Of a stretch of DNA of 64,000 bases, positions 37,079 to 48,971 are shown in pieces. The notes under the pieces are model-generated. The model saw only the letters and a list, made by a program, of their open reading frames with translations. It was not told where the DNA came from and ran no database searches. This DNA is from Microbotryum violaceum (taxonomy: Eukaryota). The translations under genes and the position numbers were made by a program. The first letter of the stretch is position 1. Each line of letters starts with the position of its first letter. Location of the stretch: NCBI GenBank assembly GCA_001244265.2, contig CDLV01000011.1, positions 868,001-932,000 of the forward strand, given 5' to 3'.

Positions 37079-40000
37079 TCATTTGTATCGATCGTAGACC
37101 CGGCCTCGAGCGCGTCCGATCAGACCCTTCATCAATTTCTGTACGCCGATCCGCGAAAGATGTCAGCTCGATTGCTCTCCATCGGGTCATCTATACTTTG
37201 AGATTATAACTCACGTCCGAAACCTTGGGCATGTCCGTCTCGTCGAGCTGCTTGCCCGTCACTAGTTTGGTTACGCTCTGCACGAGCCAATGCAGATCTT
37301 CCTCCCTAATCGGCGGAGCCGCTTCGAGCAGTTTTGCAAAACCAGAACAAGATCAGTCTCCGACTCTCAGACTGTCCAAACTACAGGGCCAACTCACGTT
37401 TTCTCAGGAATGGATGCCCCAGTAACTCCGGGATCGTTGCCCTCGTTTTGGGATCAAACTTGAGACACAACTCCAACGTCTCCAATACCTCCTCGATCAA
37501 CTCCGTCTGCAAGTCAGCGATCTCGACCCCTCGTTCATCGACGGGCGTTGTGGTGGGCGCGAATTCAAATTTATAGTTGGGGTTCTGGATCGCCATGATC
37601 TTCTGACCGATGTCGCGGATGTGCGCGAAGGGCGTGCGGCCGTAGACCATTTGGTGAAGGATGCAACCTAGGGACCAGACGTCGGCGGCTCGGCCAAGCT
37701 GTGAGGAGAAAATCGAATATGGGTCAGTACCACAGCTTTCGTGAATGATGATGAAAACGGATACCCCGCACGCACCTTCATCAACCTCTTGCCATCCCTG
37801 CCCATTCCCGAATCAATCAAGGCCTCAGGAGGCATATAGTTCGCCGTCCCAATCTGTTGATCCCTCCCTATGTTGGTCGTATCATTCGCAATCGTCTTGG
37901 ATATACCGAAATCGATGAGCTTGAGTCGGCCTTTGACGAGGACAAAGTTGGCCGGTTTGAGATCGGTATGAACGACGTTCTCGTTGTGGATCACATGAAC
38001 GGCTTCGAGCATCTGTGGGGGGAAGAGCAGACCTCGTCAGCAACCCTAACTCGATTCTTTATCATCCTCACAGCAAGAGAACTCACCCCTTCCCAGATAT
38101 ACCGAATAAAGTTCATACTAATCTTCTTCCCCGAATGTTCATTCAACAGATTGTTCAAATCCGTTTCCCCCTGTTCCATCACCATCAACAAATGCCTCTT
38201 GTTCTCCCCAATCTCGGAATCGATCAACTGAATGATCTGCGGCTTGCCCCTCAACTTCTCCAACAACGAAATCTCATTCGCGAAACTCTGTCTTGATTCG
38301 GCGTCGTTTTTCGAAATGTCGACTTTTTTGATCGCGAAGAGTTGGTTCTTCTCGTCCAAGACACGGTAGACGCGGGAAGAGCCACCTCGACCTAAAAGAC
38401 CGGCGCGGGCGTAGGGTTTGTTATTGACGATGATGCATTGGGGGCTCTTCTTGGCCGGTTTGAGCGGTTGCGTCATGTGGTGTTGTTGTTGCGCTTGTTG
38501 GTACTGCCGTGCCAGAAGCTGGCGCTCCATTTGAGGGTCGTATGCTTGTTGTTGTTGTTGTTGCTGGGCGTAGTGCTGCTGCTGTTGCTGTTGATGGTAC
38601 AACGCAACAGGCGTCACCTCCGCCATCCCCGGTGATCGATCTCTCAAAGGAACTTGATACTCGACCGGAGCAGGGACCGCCGTCGGCTTGGTCGGAAAAG
38701 GTTGGGAAGAAGGCGGGTATTGTCTCCCATTTGCCGTCGTCAAAGGAGGACCGATGTTCGCAGCCCTATACGTCTCCCCTAAGACAGTCCTGCCGTTTGT
38801 TGTCGTAGGCGCGACGACCGGTGCAGCGGTGGTAGCGGTGGTAGCTGTGCGTGATGACGAATAGGCGTTCTCGTCATGGTACAGCTCCATCGCCGACCCA
38901 GGTCGAGCAGGGAAGTTCTGAGCCTGGTACTCCGCCGCTCGATCATCGACATACGGCAAAGCCCCACCTGTCGATCGACTCGGTAAAGAACTGCTCGCAT
39001 AGTTCGCATGATGGATCGGTTGGGCTGGCGTCTCATCGCGATACATGGCGATACTTGAGGCCGCACGAGGTGGGAGGGCCATGATCGTTTCCTCTCTCGA
39101 CATTGACGCGTTACCGCCATCAATCGAGGCACCTCGTCGAGCGGCGTAGGTCATCATCGAGGGTGATTCGGGTCGTCCTTCAGCTCCCCGTTCAGGTGGA
39201 CTCATCGAGGGAAGGCGATACTTGTTCTCGAGGGCGGGGTTTGAAGGTGGGGGTGGTGGACTCGGGGAGGGACCTGAAGAGGTTTCGGAAGGGGTCGAAC
39301 TTCGACTGACCAAGAAGCGTTGGCGGAGCATCGTGCTACTTTCTGGCATTTCGGTAGGAACGGATGGGACTTTGGGTGCGGTGACGGCGTTGGTCGAAGA
39401 GGTCATGTTCATTGTCGTCGTCGTTTGCGCAGTCGAGCGTGATCGCGTACTGCTGCCGAGTGTCGGCGGAGAGGTATCTGTGCTGGAAGAGGTATTGTAC
39501 TGCGACAAAGATGAACCAGGTCGTGCGTATGAGGTCGAAGACGACGAGACGATAGTCACGGTAGCTGCTGCTCTGTCCTTGGACACGAGGCGAGGCGACG
39601 AAGGCGTCACCTCAGATCGGGATCGATTGTGCGGCGAAAGGGGCGGTCGTAATGGCGGCGAAGCATTCGATTCGGATGCTGTACAACTCGAAGAGATTAT
39701 GAAAGAGATCAGCATCAAACATGTTGCGCCACAGGCAATCCCGGGTCACGAGAACCGAGAAAGTTGACTGACCACTCTCCCCGTGATCGCCCGCATCACT
39801 AATTGCCCCCTCCAACCCCTCCCTCTCCTTCTTCGCCATCAGCTCCTGCAAATTGACCCTCTGGGCCCTCCTCTTCTTCACCTCCGTGCCTCCCGTTCCA
39901 GTTTGACTCTGCATCAAGGACTTGCGTTCGAGCCATCCTCGACCGCCTGTTCGTTCTCCCGTCGCTTTCGTCGAGGCTGTCAGACCTGGTCTGGGGAGGG

Positions 40001-41129
40001 CTGGAGTGGTGGTGGCGAAAGTGGAGAGGGCGGGTTGGGATGCAGAGAGTATGCGGTCGTTCGACGTTCGGCGTTCGAGAGTTGCTCGGCTGTGCGACAT
40101 GGAGGAGGCGAGGGTCGGAGAAGATCTCGAATCCTGAAGGAGGTCAGAGACCGGAGAGTTATTTCCAAGAAATCACCTTGTAAATCGCGTCAACACTGAA
40201 TCGCTCACCATTTCGTTTGTTGTACGCGCATCCTCTGCATGAGCAGCTCCATCCTCCCCCTCGGCACCATTGACCAAATCCGCTCTCGTTCGTGCCAACA
40301 AAGTCCCCGAGCCGGTCAACTTCTCCTTACTCTTCGTCCAACTCCTCGCCAACGTCCTCAAATTACTACTCGAACTCGAACCGCTGGCGCTTGCCGCAGC
40401 CCGACTGATAAAGGTCGATTTCCTCATCCCGTCACCTGAGCTATCGACGCCGACGGAACCTATCCCTGAGGAGGAACCACTACCCCCTCCGCTATTGGCG
40501 CTGGTGTTGGATCGTAAGAGCGGGTTGGAGAAGGGTAATGGTGGAGAGTGACGGGACATGCTTGACGAGGACCGAGGTGGGTTGTTTAAAGGTCCGTCGA
40601 GTTGATCGAACGAGGGTCGACCTCCTGACGACGAAAACGAAGGACGAGGTTGACTGATCGCCCCCGCTCCCGCGTTGACGGCTGTTCGCGACGTGGACGA
40701 CGATGAGGATGGGAACGTCGGAGAGGACGCCTTGACGGAGGAGCCATTGTTATTCCATGATGCATTGGAGAGGTAAGCGTCGGATTCGAATTCGGGTAAG
40801 GGCACGTCGTTGTCATCCTCGAAATCTAGAGCTCCGAGAGCGCCTGCCGCGAGCGAGGATGAATTAGAAGCGAGCGACGAGGTCGACGCCATGGCTGAGG
40901 ATCCACCGCAATGGAATGAAGAGCGAGACGAGTTGCGTCGGAGGACAGAAGGGGTGGAGAGTGAAAACGGAGACGAGGATGACGCGCCGATCGAGCCTTG
41001 GGCGTGGTTGCCGTTCGCCGATGTGGACGACGACGCTGCGCCTCCCGAGGACGAAGTCGGAGTACGGATCTTGTTGAAGAGCTTCTCCATCAAGTTCGAC
41101 CGACCCGAAGGTGTGGAAGGTCTCGACAT
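37079..41129 (-). CDS. MPS1: Spindle checkpoint kinase Mps1/TTK
   Basis: LGRGGSSRVY, NEISLLEKLRG, HTDLKPANFVLVKGRLKLIDFGI, QIGTANYMPPE and MVYGRTPF. Long Ser/Gln-rich N-terminus; multi-exon. Confidence 0.93.
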
Positions 41130-41998
41130 GTTGTTGCTGTGTACGTCGTCGAGGGTTGGCGCGGTAGGCGGTAGGCGGTGGTCGGTGGTCGGAGGTGGGC
41201 GGCGCGAGGACGCTGAGTGGTGGTGGTGGTGGTGGTAGTGGGTTGAGTGATCGCTCGCGGGGGTGGGCTAGGATTAGTCGATCACGTGCACACCACGACG
41301 ATCAACCGACAACTCCAAAGTGATCGGCCGGTTGACGCAGTCCAGCAAAGGTGGGAGGGCGAGCAAAGCAACGCGACGCCAATTTGTTTACCGCTACGCA
41401 GGGTGGGCTGAGGGAGAAGAGGGGGGAAACTGCCCCGAATCGTTTTACACGCGAAGAGGAGGTCAAAAAGGGGCCTTGTTTATCGCGCCGCCAGCGGTGT
41501 CGAGCCGCGCGTACGCACGCGCTCTCCTGCGCTCTCTCGCGCTCTCGATTCTCGATCCGATCATCGATGCTTGCGCTCGAGTCTCGACGAGTTTCCCGGC
41601 GAGTTTTGGCATCAAACTTCTGCAATTCCCGCAGGGAGAGAACAATTAAGCTGTGCACGATAAGAATTGTCAACATTCTCGATCTGACGGTTGTAGATCA
41701 GTAATCAAGAGTTCTGCCGTCGTCTACTAGTATAAGGAAGGAAAATTACCCCATCGGCGGTTCGGCGATGCTTCTCGCCGATGCTGTGACCGCCAAGAAC
41801 TGAGCCCCTGAGATCCACGATGTCTCGCAAAGCCACGAGGCGTGCACGGTCACACATCAATTCTTAAAATCATATACTGCGTCCCGTTCTGAATCCCTTG
41901 ACATGCCTTTTCCCGACTTCCGATACGCTCGCTTCGGTCATAACGGAGCTCGGGCCGAGGTTGTGAGACTCGATTTCAAGCAGAGGTAATCCTGCGCG

Positions 41999-42742
41999 TT
42001 ACTTCCTCGTAAACTCCAGATAGACCCACGTCCCCCTGTAAATCGGATCCCTACTCAACTTGCCGACCTCTGCGAACCGTTCCTCGACATTCCTAATGAC
42101 CGTATCTTGTGCCTCCTTTGGGACGTGGGGCGCACCCGCCTTGTTCTTGATGATGACCGTAACCCTATGCCCCTTCTCCAAGAACTGTCGGCCCTTTTTC
42201 AACTTGTGCTCCAAATCATGCGCCGAGACACCCCAGGTCATTTGAATTTCCTTGGGTGGACTCCCCGTCGCAACGGAGGCTCCACCACCGCCCGAAGACG
42301 AGTGTGAAGCGTTATTCCGAGCTTGTTCGTTCTTGTCCTTGATCGCTTGAGCCTTGTCCTTCTTCTTGTCGTATTCCTTCTTCTTGTCCAAGAGCTTGCA
42401 AATCCCTTTATCTGTATCGACGAGGAGGATGCTGTATCTTGTGCGATCGAGTTGGGAGAGGATCGTACGCAGTGGGGCGGGGGGGAGGAGCGTATTGGTT
42501 TCGGGGTCAACGAGGATGATTTCGCGGAGAGGTATGTCCTCGTCTTTGATTTGGGTCGATTTTTGGAGTGGTCGCTTGGGGGCGTTCGAGGTAGCGTAGG
42601 TGGAGACGGACCCGTGTGGGCGCAGGAGCATGGACGAGGAGGAAGAGGTGCTGCCTCGAAGCAAGGCGACGGAGCAAGACGAGCAGCGCGATCGTAGTGC
42701 TGTGAGTTGACGAGCGAACACGGACAAAGGGTTGAACACCAT
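41999..42742 (-). CDS. Mitochondrial translation initiation factor IF-3
   Basis: Presequence, IF3-N-like IKDEDIPLREIILVD and IF3-C PKEIQMTWGVSAHDLEHKLKKGRQFLEKGHRVTV. Confidence 0.85.
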   Translation of the reverse strand: MVFNPLSVFARQLTALRSRCSSCSVALLRGSTSSSSSMLLRPHGSVSTYATSNAPKRPLQKSTQIKDEDIPLREIILVDPETNTLLPPAPLRTILSQLDRTRYSILLVDTDKGICKLLDKKKEYDKKKDKAQAIKDKNEQARNNASHSSSGGGGASVATGSPPKEIQMTWGVSAHDLEHKLKKGRQFLEKGHRVTVIIKNKAGAPHVPKEAQDTVIRNVEERFAEVGKLSRDPIYRGTWVYLEFTRK

Positions 42743-42969
42743 GGCCGTGGTTGAGGAGCCTGGTAACCTGGTATGCGTTGAGGACGAGAAGGAAGCCGAA
42801 GCGAAGCGCATTCGGTCATTTGCCTGCCATCGCCTGTCATCGCGCTCGTCACCTCTCGTCACTACGCGAGCCTACGCGAGTATTCGAGCCGAGCGCGCTC
42901 GACACTCACTGCCTTCCTTCTCCTCCGTATCTGCTCTGCGACCACACCGCAGCCACCACAACGAGCACC

Positions 42970-44691
42970 ATGTTCGCACCCCAGTCAAACTCGTCGCCTT
43001 TCCGCAACAACTCGTTCGGCGCCGCGTTCGGCAACACCACCTCGGGCGCCAACAACACCTCGTCACCCGGTGGGACGTCGTTCAACCCGGCCTCGACCTC
43101 GACCAACCAGAACCAGAACCAGAACCAGAACCCAGCGTGGGGCGCATCTTCATCCTTTTACGGTGCACAACCCAATCAGCAACAAGCGCAGGGACAACAA
43201 CATGGTCAACAGCAGCAGCACGGACAGCAGGCACAACAAGGCCAAGGACCGGTCTTTGGTAACTCGCAGGCGTACTCGAGCTGGAACCAGCCCGCTCAAT
43301 CGAGCTACAACCACCACACCAATGTTGCATCACCCGCCACGGGCGGTCTATCGAACCAGGGTACCCCCTTGGGTTCCCAGCCTCCTCGCAAGAACTACCT
43401 CCCTGGATACCTCTCGGGTGGTGCCGCTCTGGGACAAGTCAGTCTCTTCACTCTTCGCTCTTTCACCGCTCAGCTGCTGATCCTTACTCGATCATTTATC
43501 CAGTCCGAGTCGAGCCCTGACTCCCCCTCATTCAACCACCAAGAAAACTCGCGAGTAGGCACGAGTGCATGGGATTCGCCCATGCCGAGCGCCTCCGAGT
43601 CGAGCATCAATCGGAGGTCGTCCTTGTCCGGCTCGCCTGGATCCTGGTTCGGGGCGAGTCAATCCTTGTTCGGAACTTCTTCCCAGAGGGACGCGTGAGT
43701 TCTTCGCGTGGACCGGGTTATATAAGATTCAGCGCTCATAACTCGTTGACGAGACGTCCCCTCTCACAGCTCAAACCCCGCCCGTTCACCATCGAGTTTC
43801 ACCACCCGTCAACTCCCCTACGGTCGCAACAGCCATCTGTCGTCTCAAAGCGCCATGGACGACGACGCACCTCCCATTTCGTCGCTGAACGAATTCACCT
43901 CGGACAATAACACCCTCCCTTCTTCCCTCACTTCGGCGACGAACGCTTCCTTGTCCCCCTTTTCTCCGACCCACACCCCTCTCGCTCCCGCATCTTCTTC
44001 GCACACTACCAACTCGCCCGGATACCCCGTCCACATCTTTGGATTCCCTTCCACCTCAACCGAGACCGTGGTGTCCTACTTTTCCCAATTCGGCAGCGTC
44101 GAATCGTGCAAGGCCTCGGAAGAAGGAGGGAATTGGCTCACCTTGGTTTACAGCGAACCTTCTTCGGCGTTGAGGGCGAGTCGGAAGAATGGGGTCGTTT
44201 TGGGGAGGGTGTTAATGGTCGGGGTCAAGGTGGTAGATGAGGAAGAATTGAGGAAAGCAATTGCTTCGGTCTCGGGGACAAATTCGTTTGGGAATGGGGC
44301 CGGAGAAGGCGAGAGGGAAGGTGCCTTGACAACCACGTCAACGAATACCATAACGGGTGCAGGATCGAACATCCAAGCCATGGGGAAAGCCAACGGTCTC
44401 AACGCCGTCGGCGCCGGTTCGTCTAGTGGTCGGCCCGTCAACGTCCTCGGCCCCCAACAAGCTTTCAAAGCCACGCCCAAGAAATCCTTTCTTTCCTCCG
44501 CCGCGCAAGCAGCAGCTTCGTCGGGGACACCTGCTTCCAAGCGAGAGGGACGCGATGGATATACGAATCTGTTTGAGGATAAACAGAGCATCGCACAGAG
44601 AAATGCGACGGGGATCGTGGGTGCTGGGCCGGGGAACGCGGGCGGGAAGGGGGTGTTGGGCAAGGTTAGTGATGCGATTTTTGGGTGGTGA
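42970..44691 (+). CDS. NUP53: Nucleoporin Nup53/Nup35
   Basis: YLPGYL motif, Nup35-type RRM (IFGFP...FSQFG...GNWLTLVY...ALRASRKNG) and C-terminal amphipathic KVSDAIFGW. Two introns. Confidence 0.9.
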
Positions 44692-45717
44692 GGGTAAGAG
44701 GGGACGCGTGGTGTGTATCCTGTTTAAGCGAGGAATGGAGCATGGTATTCTTATGACTGTCGGATATCCCTGATGCTTACAAAGCCTCGATCTCGAGCGT
44801 CGACAACTTGAAGTTCGGCCGTGAAGGTCGGCCCTCCCTATCCCTTCCTCGACCTGACTCACGTGGCTCCCCACATGAGATGAGGTCGGGCTGAAATCAC
44901 GTCTTGTTGATCCTCGACTCGTCATAATCTGGGAGGCCCAAATACAAGAGCAGCTCCTAGATGACAAGTGACTTCGGGACATCTCCTCGGATCATCCCGA
45001 CTAAGCCGATAACCCGAAAACTCGGCGTCATCCTCTCCTCTCCTTTCGCGCCGAATTCCCGAAGGACACCCTAGTCACAGGACTTCATCTAAAGTTGGAA
45101 TTCACATGTCAAGTGAATCGATCGCCGACTGGAGCAGGTCATCTCGACCATTCTGGCGTGTCCGGATCCTTGGAAGGAATCGTTCCCGTCCCCGAACGAG
45201 AAGGCGCAGGGGCGTTTTTGGCCACTGCACCACCGCGCGCAGCTAGATGGGCGTTTGACGTGCGCCCGTGCGAGCCCGTGCACGAGGAAGCGTGCGCCTT
45301 GGAACGGCCACACATGGCTTGTTGCAGCCCTTTGCTTCTTCGCCCCACGCCTCGCACACATACTCTTGTCCTATCGCCGCGCACCGACCACTCAGACTCA
45401 ACCCCTCCCCTCCCCTCCCAACAGACACTACTTGTATCCACGTTCCTGTGTGTGTTCCTGTGTGTGTGTGTGTGTCCATCACGCGCACCTCTGTCGAAAA
45501 CGTCAGAGCGTTTCTCGCTGTCGTCGGTGGTCGTCGGTGGTCGTCGTCGTCGTCTCTCCCCACATTACTCACGCCCGCCTCGACGCATTCCCCACCAAGC
45601 CAACCCGGCCTCGCCCCCTCATCGTCGCGCCATCGTAACCTTCCCATCTCCGCGATCCGCCGCCTTCATTCAACGTAGCTCGTGAATCGGCCTTTTCCGA
45701 CCACGGCTACACCAAAT

Positions 45718-48296
45718 ATGTCGACACCGACCGTCACATCCGCCGATGATGCGGGGTGGAGATTTGCACAGTGCTTCGGTGACAAGGTCAGTTGGGTCGT
45801 GGTGGTGGCCCCTTCCAATCCTAGGGCCAGGGGCTCTTCTTCCAAGCCATACAACTGACTTGGTCTGGATCTCTCTCGCAATAGGGTGAAGTTGAGGATA
45901 TCACCGAGGCTGATATCATTTGTAAGTCCGGCAACGGGCAGGGGTCGCAGTTACCCAGCGCAGGCAGACGGCCGTATCGCCCAGCGTCATCGGTCCGAAT
46001 CCACAGCCTCTGCGTCCGGTCACCCCCATCTCCAGGGGTAGCTCACACACAAGCCATTGCGGAGAACTGACTTCGAATTTGCTTCTCGCCCGAACCATTC
46101 CCACAAACCATCACAGCCACGGTCGAGTTCGATCACACGGGTGACTATCTCGCAACGGGGGACAAGGGCGGCCGCGTTGTGCTCTTTGAACGCAACGAGA
46201 CCAAGAAGGGGTGCGAGTACAAGTTCTACACCGAGTTCCAGTCGCACGAACCCGAGTTCGACTACCTCAAGTCGCTCGAGATCGAGGAGAAGATCAACAA
46301 GATCCGATGGTGCAAGAGGCAGAATGCCGCCCACTTCCTGCTCTCGACCAATGGCAAGTTGCACGCCACCACTACCACTTTCCTTCCGCATGATTTGGGA
46401 CTCGTTTTCGTCTTTGATGGGATGCTGTGACGTCGGAGTACTGCGACGCATGCATCTTGCTCGCATCATTTTCTCGGACTGGTACACCGCGCCCCGTTTG
46501 CCCACCCGCGCCCTTCCCGCGCCTGTGCGCCAGCCAACCCAGCCAGTTTGGGCCAGCCGGTGGCTCAGCGAGCGAGGCCGCCGCTTGTGCAATTGGCAGA
46601 CGCGGCGCGCGGGCGGGCGTCGCACCCCGCCTCCCGGTGGCACCACCACACGCACCGCGACCGCCGAGATCACGTCCACCATCCTTCGAAGCTCTGAGCT
46701 GACGACGTGTGCTGCTTCCCGACGATCTTTACAGACAAGACAATCAAACTGTGGAAGGTGTTTGAGAAATCGCTCAAAGTGGTCACAGAGAACAATGGCT
46801 CGATCGCCTCCAACTCAAACGCGCTCGGCGGGGGGAGCTCCACCTCGTCGCCGCCACCACCGCCTCCACCGATCGCGATCCCGGGGCTGACGCCGTCCTC
46901 GCCAACGCGGGCAACGACCACTCCGAACGGGAAACCGTACTTCCGACTGCCGCGTATGACCTACCACGAGACAATTGTCGCGGCCGTGCCGAGGAAGGTC
47001 TATGCGAACGCGCATGCGTACCATATCAACTCGATCTCGATCAACTCGGATGGAGAAACCTACATGAGTGCCGATGATTTGAGAGTTAACCTGTGGAACC
47101 TCAACATTAGTGATCAAAGCTTTAGTGAGTGCAAGGTCGCCTTGGGAAGCTCTGAACCGGAGCGAGTCGACTGCGAGTCGAACATCGGTGGCTCGGGGAG
47201 CTGATCTATGGTGTTCTCTTTTGCACTGGCAGACATCCTCGATATCAAACCCGTCAACATGGAGGAGTTGACTGAGGTCATCACCGCGGCCGAGTTCCAC
47301 CCTATCTCGTGCAACCTGTTTTGCTATTCGAGTTCGAAAGGGACGGTCAAACTCGCCGACATGCGAGAACAGGCTCTGTGTGATAAGCATGCGAAGCGTG
47401 AGTCGAAAATGTAATACGTGGGAAGGGTATGGATGAATTGAAGGCGGGGCTGACTCTGGTCATCGATCACGGTGTCGCCAGTGTACGAAGAGGAGGAGGA
47501 TCCGTCAAACAAGTCCTTCTTCAGCGAGATCATCTCGTCCGTCTCGGACGTCAAGTTCTCCAAAGACGGGCGTTACATTCTCTCGCGTGACTATCTGACG
47601 CTCCGGATCTGGGACATCAACATGGAGTCGCGACCTGTGCAAACGATCAACGTGCATGACCATCTGAGGTCCAAGCTGTGCGATTTGTACGAGAACGATT
47701 GCATCTTTGACAAGTTTGAATGCACATTCTCTGGGGATGGGCAGTGAGTTGGGCATGGGCTTGTGGTCGATTAGCGTGGATCTGCGTACTGACCACTCGG
47801 TTTTGCTCTACGACCCTCGCGCCTTGCCCCTACTCGCATCAACAGACACGTCCTGTCCGGCTCTTACAACAATCATTTTCACATCTACGACAAGGAAGCG
47901 ACGACCGACATCGTCTTGCAGGCCGACAAGTCGGCGTTCAAGGCCAAGAAGATTGGGGGCAACAAGGCCAAGCAAGGTGCGGGCGCCAAAGGCGCGCAGG
48001 GGGCCAACAAGAAGCCCATCATCGACGTCGATTCGATCGACTTCAATAAGAAGATTCTGCATGGTCAGTACTTTAGCTGTGGGACGAATGATGGATGCTG
48101 ATGCTGATTTTTGGGTTTGATACAGCTTCTTGGCACCCACGGGAGAGCACAATCGCGATCGCCGCAACCAACAACTTGTTCCTGTTAGTACCGATACCCA
48201 CCACCAACGCCGTCTTTGTACCTACTGACGTTTGGTCTTGATTTCGACAGTTACTCACAAACGTCATCGTCAAATGGAGCGGGAGGACCACCTTAG
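45718..48296 (+). CDS. CDC55: PP2A regulatory subunit B55
   Basis: [67 protein letters not shown] and [16 protein letters not shown]. Multi-exon, including a GC-AG intron 46354-46734. Confidence 0.97.
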
Positions 48297-48824
48297 AACT
48301 CGACGCTTTTCCTCATTTTTGACCGTATCCACCTTTGCCGCCATCGACGATTACAGGATCTCGCGCCATCTCGAGATATTCCTCTTTTTGTTCTACGCCC
48401 TCCTCCCCCGCGCGCGCTCGTCCTTAGTCAATGTGAAACATCTGCTCCTTCCACCTCCATCCCTCCACCTCACCCCATCCTATCGACGCACGTGCCCCTT
48501 CCTCCCCTAGTTATGTGTACGAAAGTTTCACCCCCAGTTTGGCGTTCTTCATCTTTTTTTGACTACCTACCTAGCTCGACTCAGATGAAAGCTCGAAGCA
48601 CTTGAAATTCCTATAAAGAAGATCCCAAAATATGTGGCTTCGGTGGCGTTTTTTCAGAGAGCTCGGCGGAACACTGGAGCCAGAATTTATCTTCGGTTTG
48701 GTGGAGGAATCCCGGTTGATTGGGTTGCAAAATAAAAGGTGAGAGGCGGAGCCAATGCCCCCTTTGGGCCACAGAATCTTCAGGTTCGAGATGGGGTTGT
48801 CGATTTGGATACCAAAAAAGTCCC

Positions 48825-48908
48825 GGGAGTCAGCCGGGATTCGAACCCGGGGCCTCTCGCATTTTCTAACCCAAAGCGAGAATCGTAAACCGCTAGACCA
48901 CTAACCCC
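48825..48908 (-). tRNA. tRNA-Pro(UGG) with an 8-nt intron
   Basis: Acceptor stem GGGGTTA/TGACTCC; D arm with TGGTCTAGCGG; anticodon stem CTCGC/GCGAG with loop TT-TGG-G[TTAGAAAA]T; T arm CCGGG-TTCGAAT-CCCGG. T6 terminator downstream and an AT-rich TTATTAAT about 30 bp upstream. Confidence 0.95.
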
Positions 48909-48971
48909 AGCGTACGAGCTTACGCTGCTTTTTGGCATTAATAAGTTTAGAAGCATTATTCCCCCCATTTC

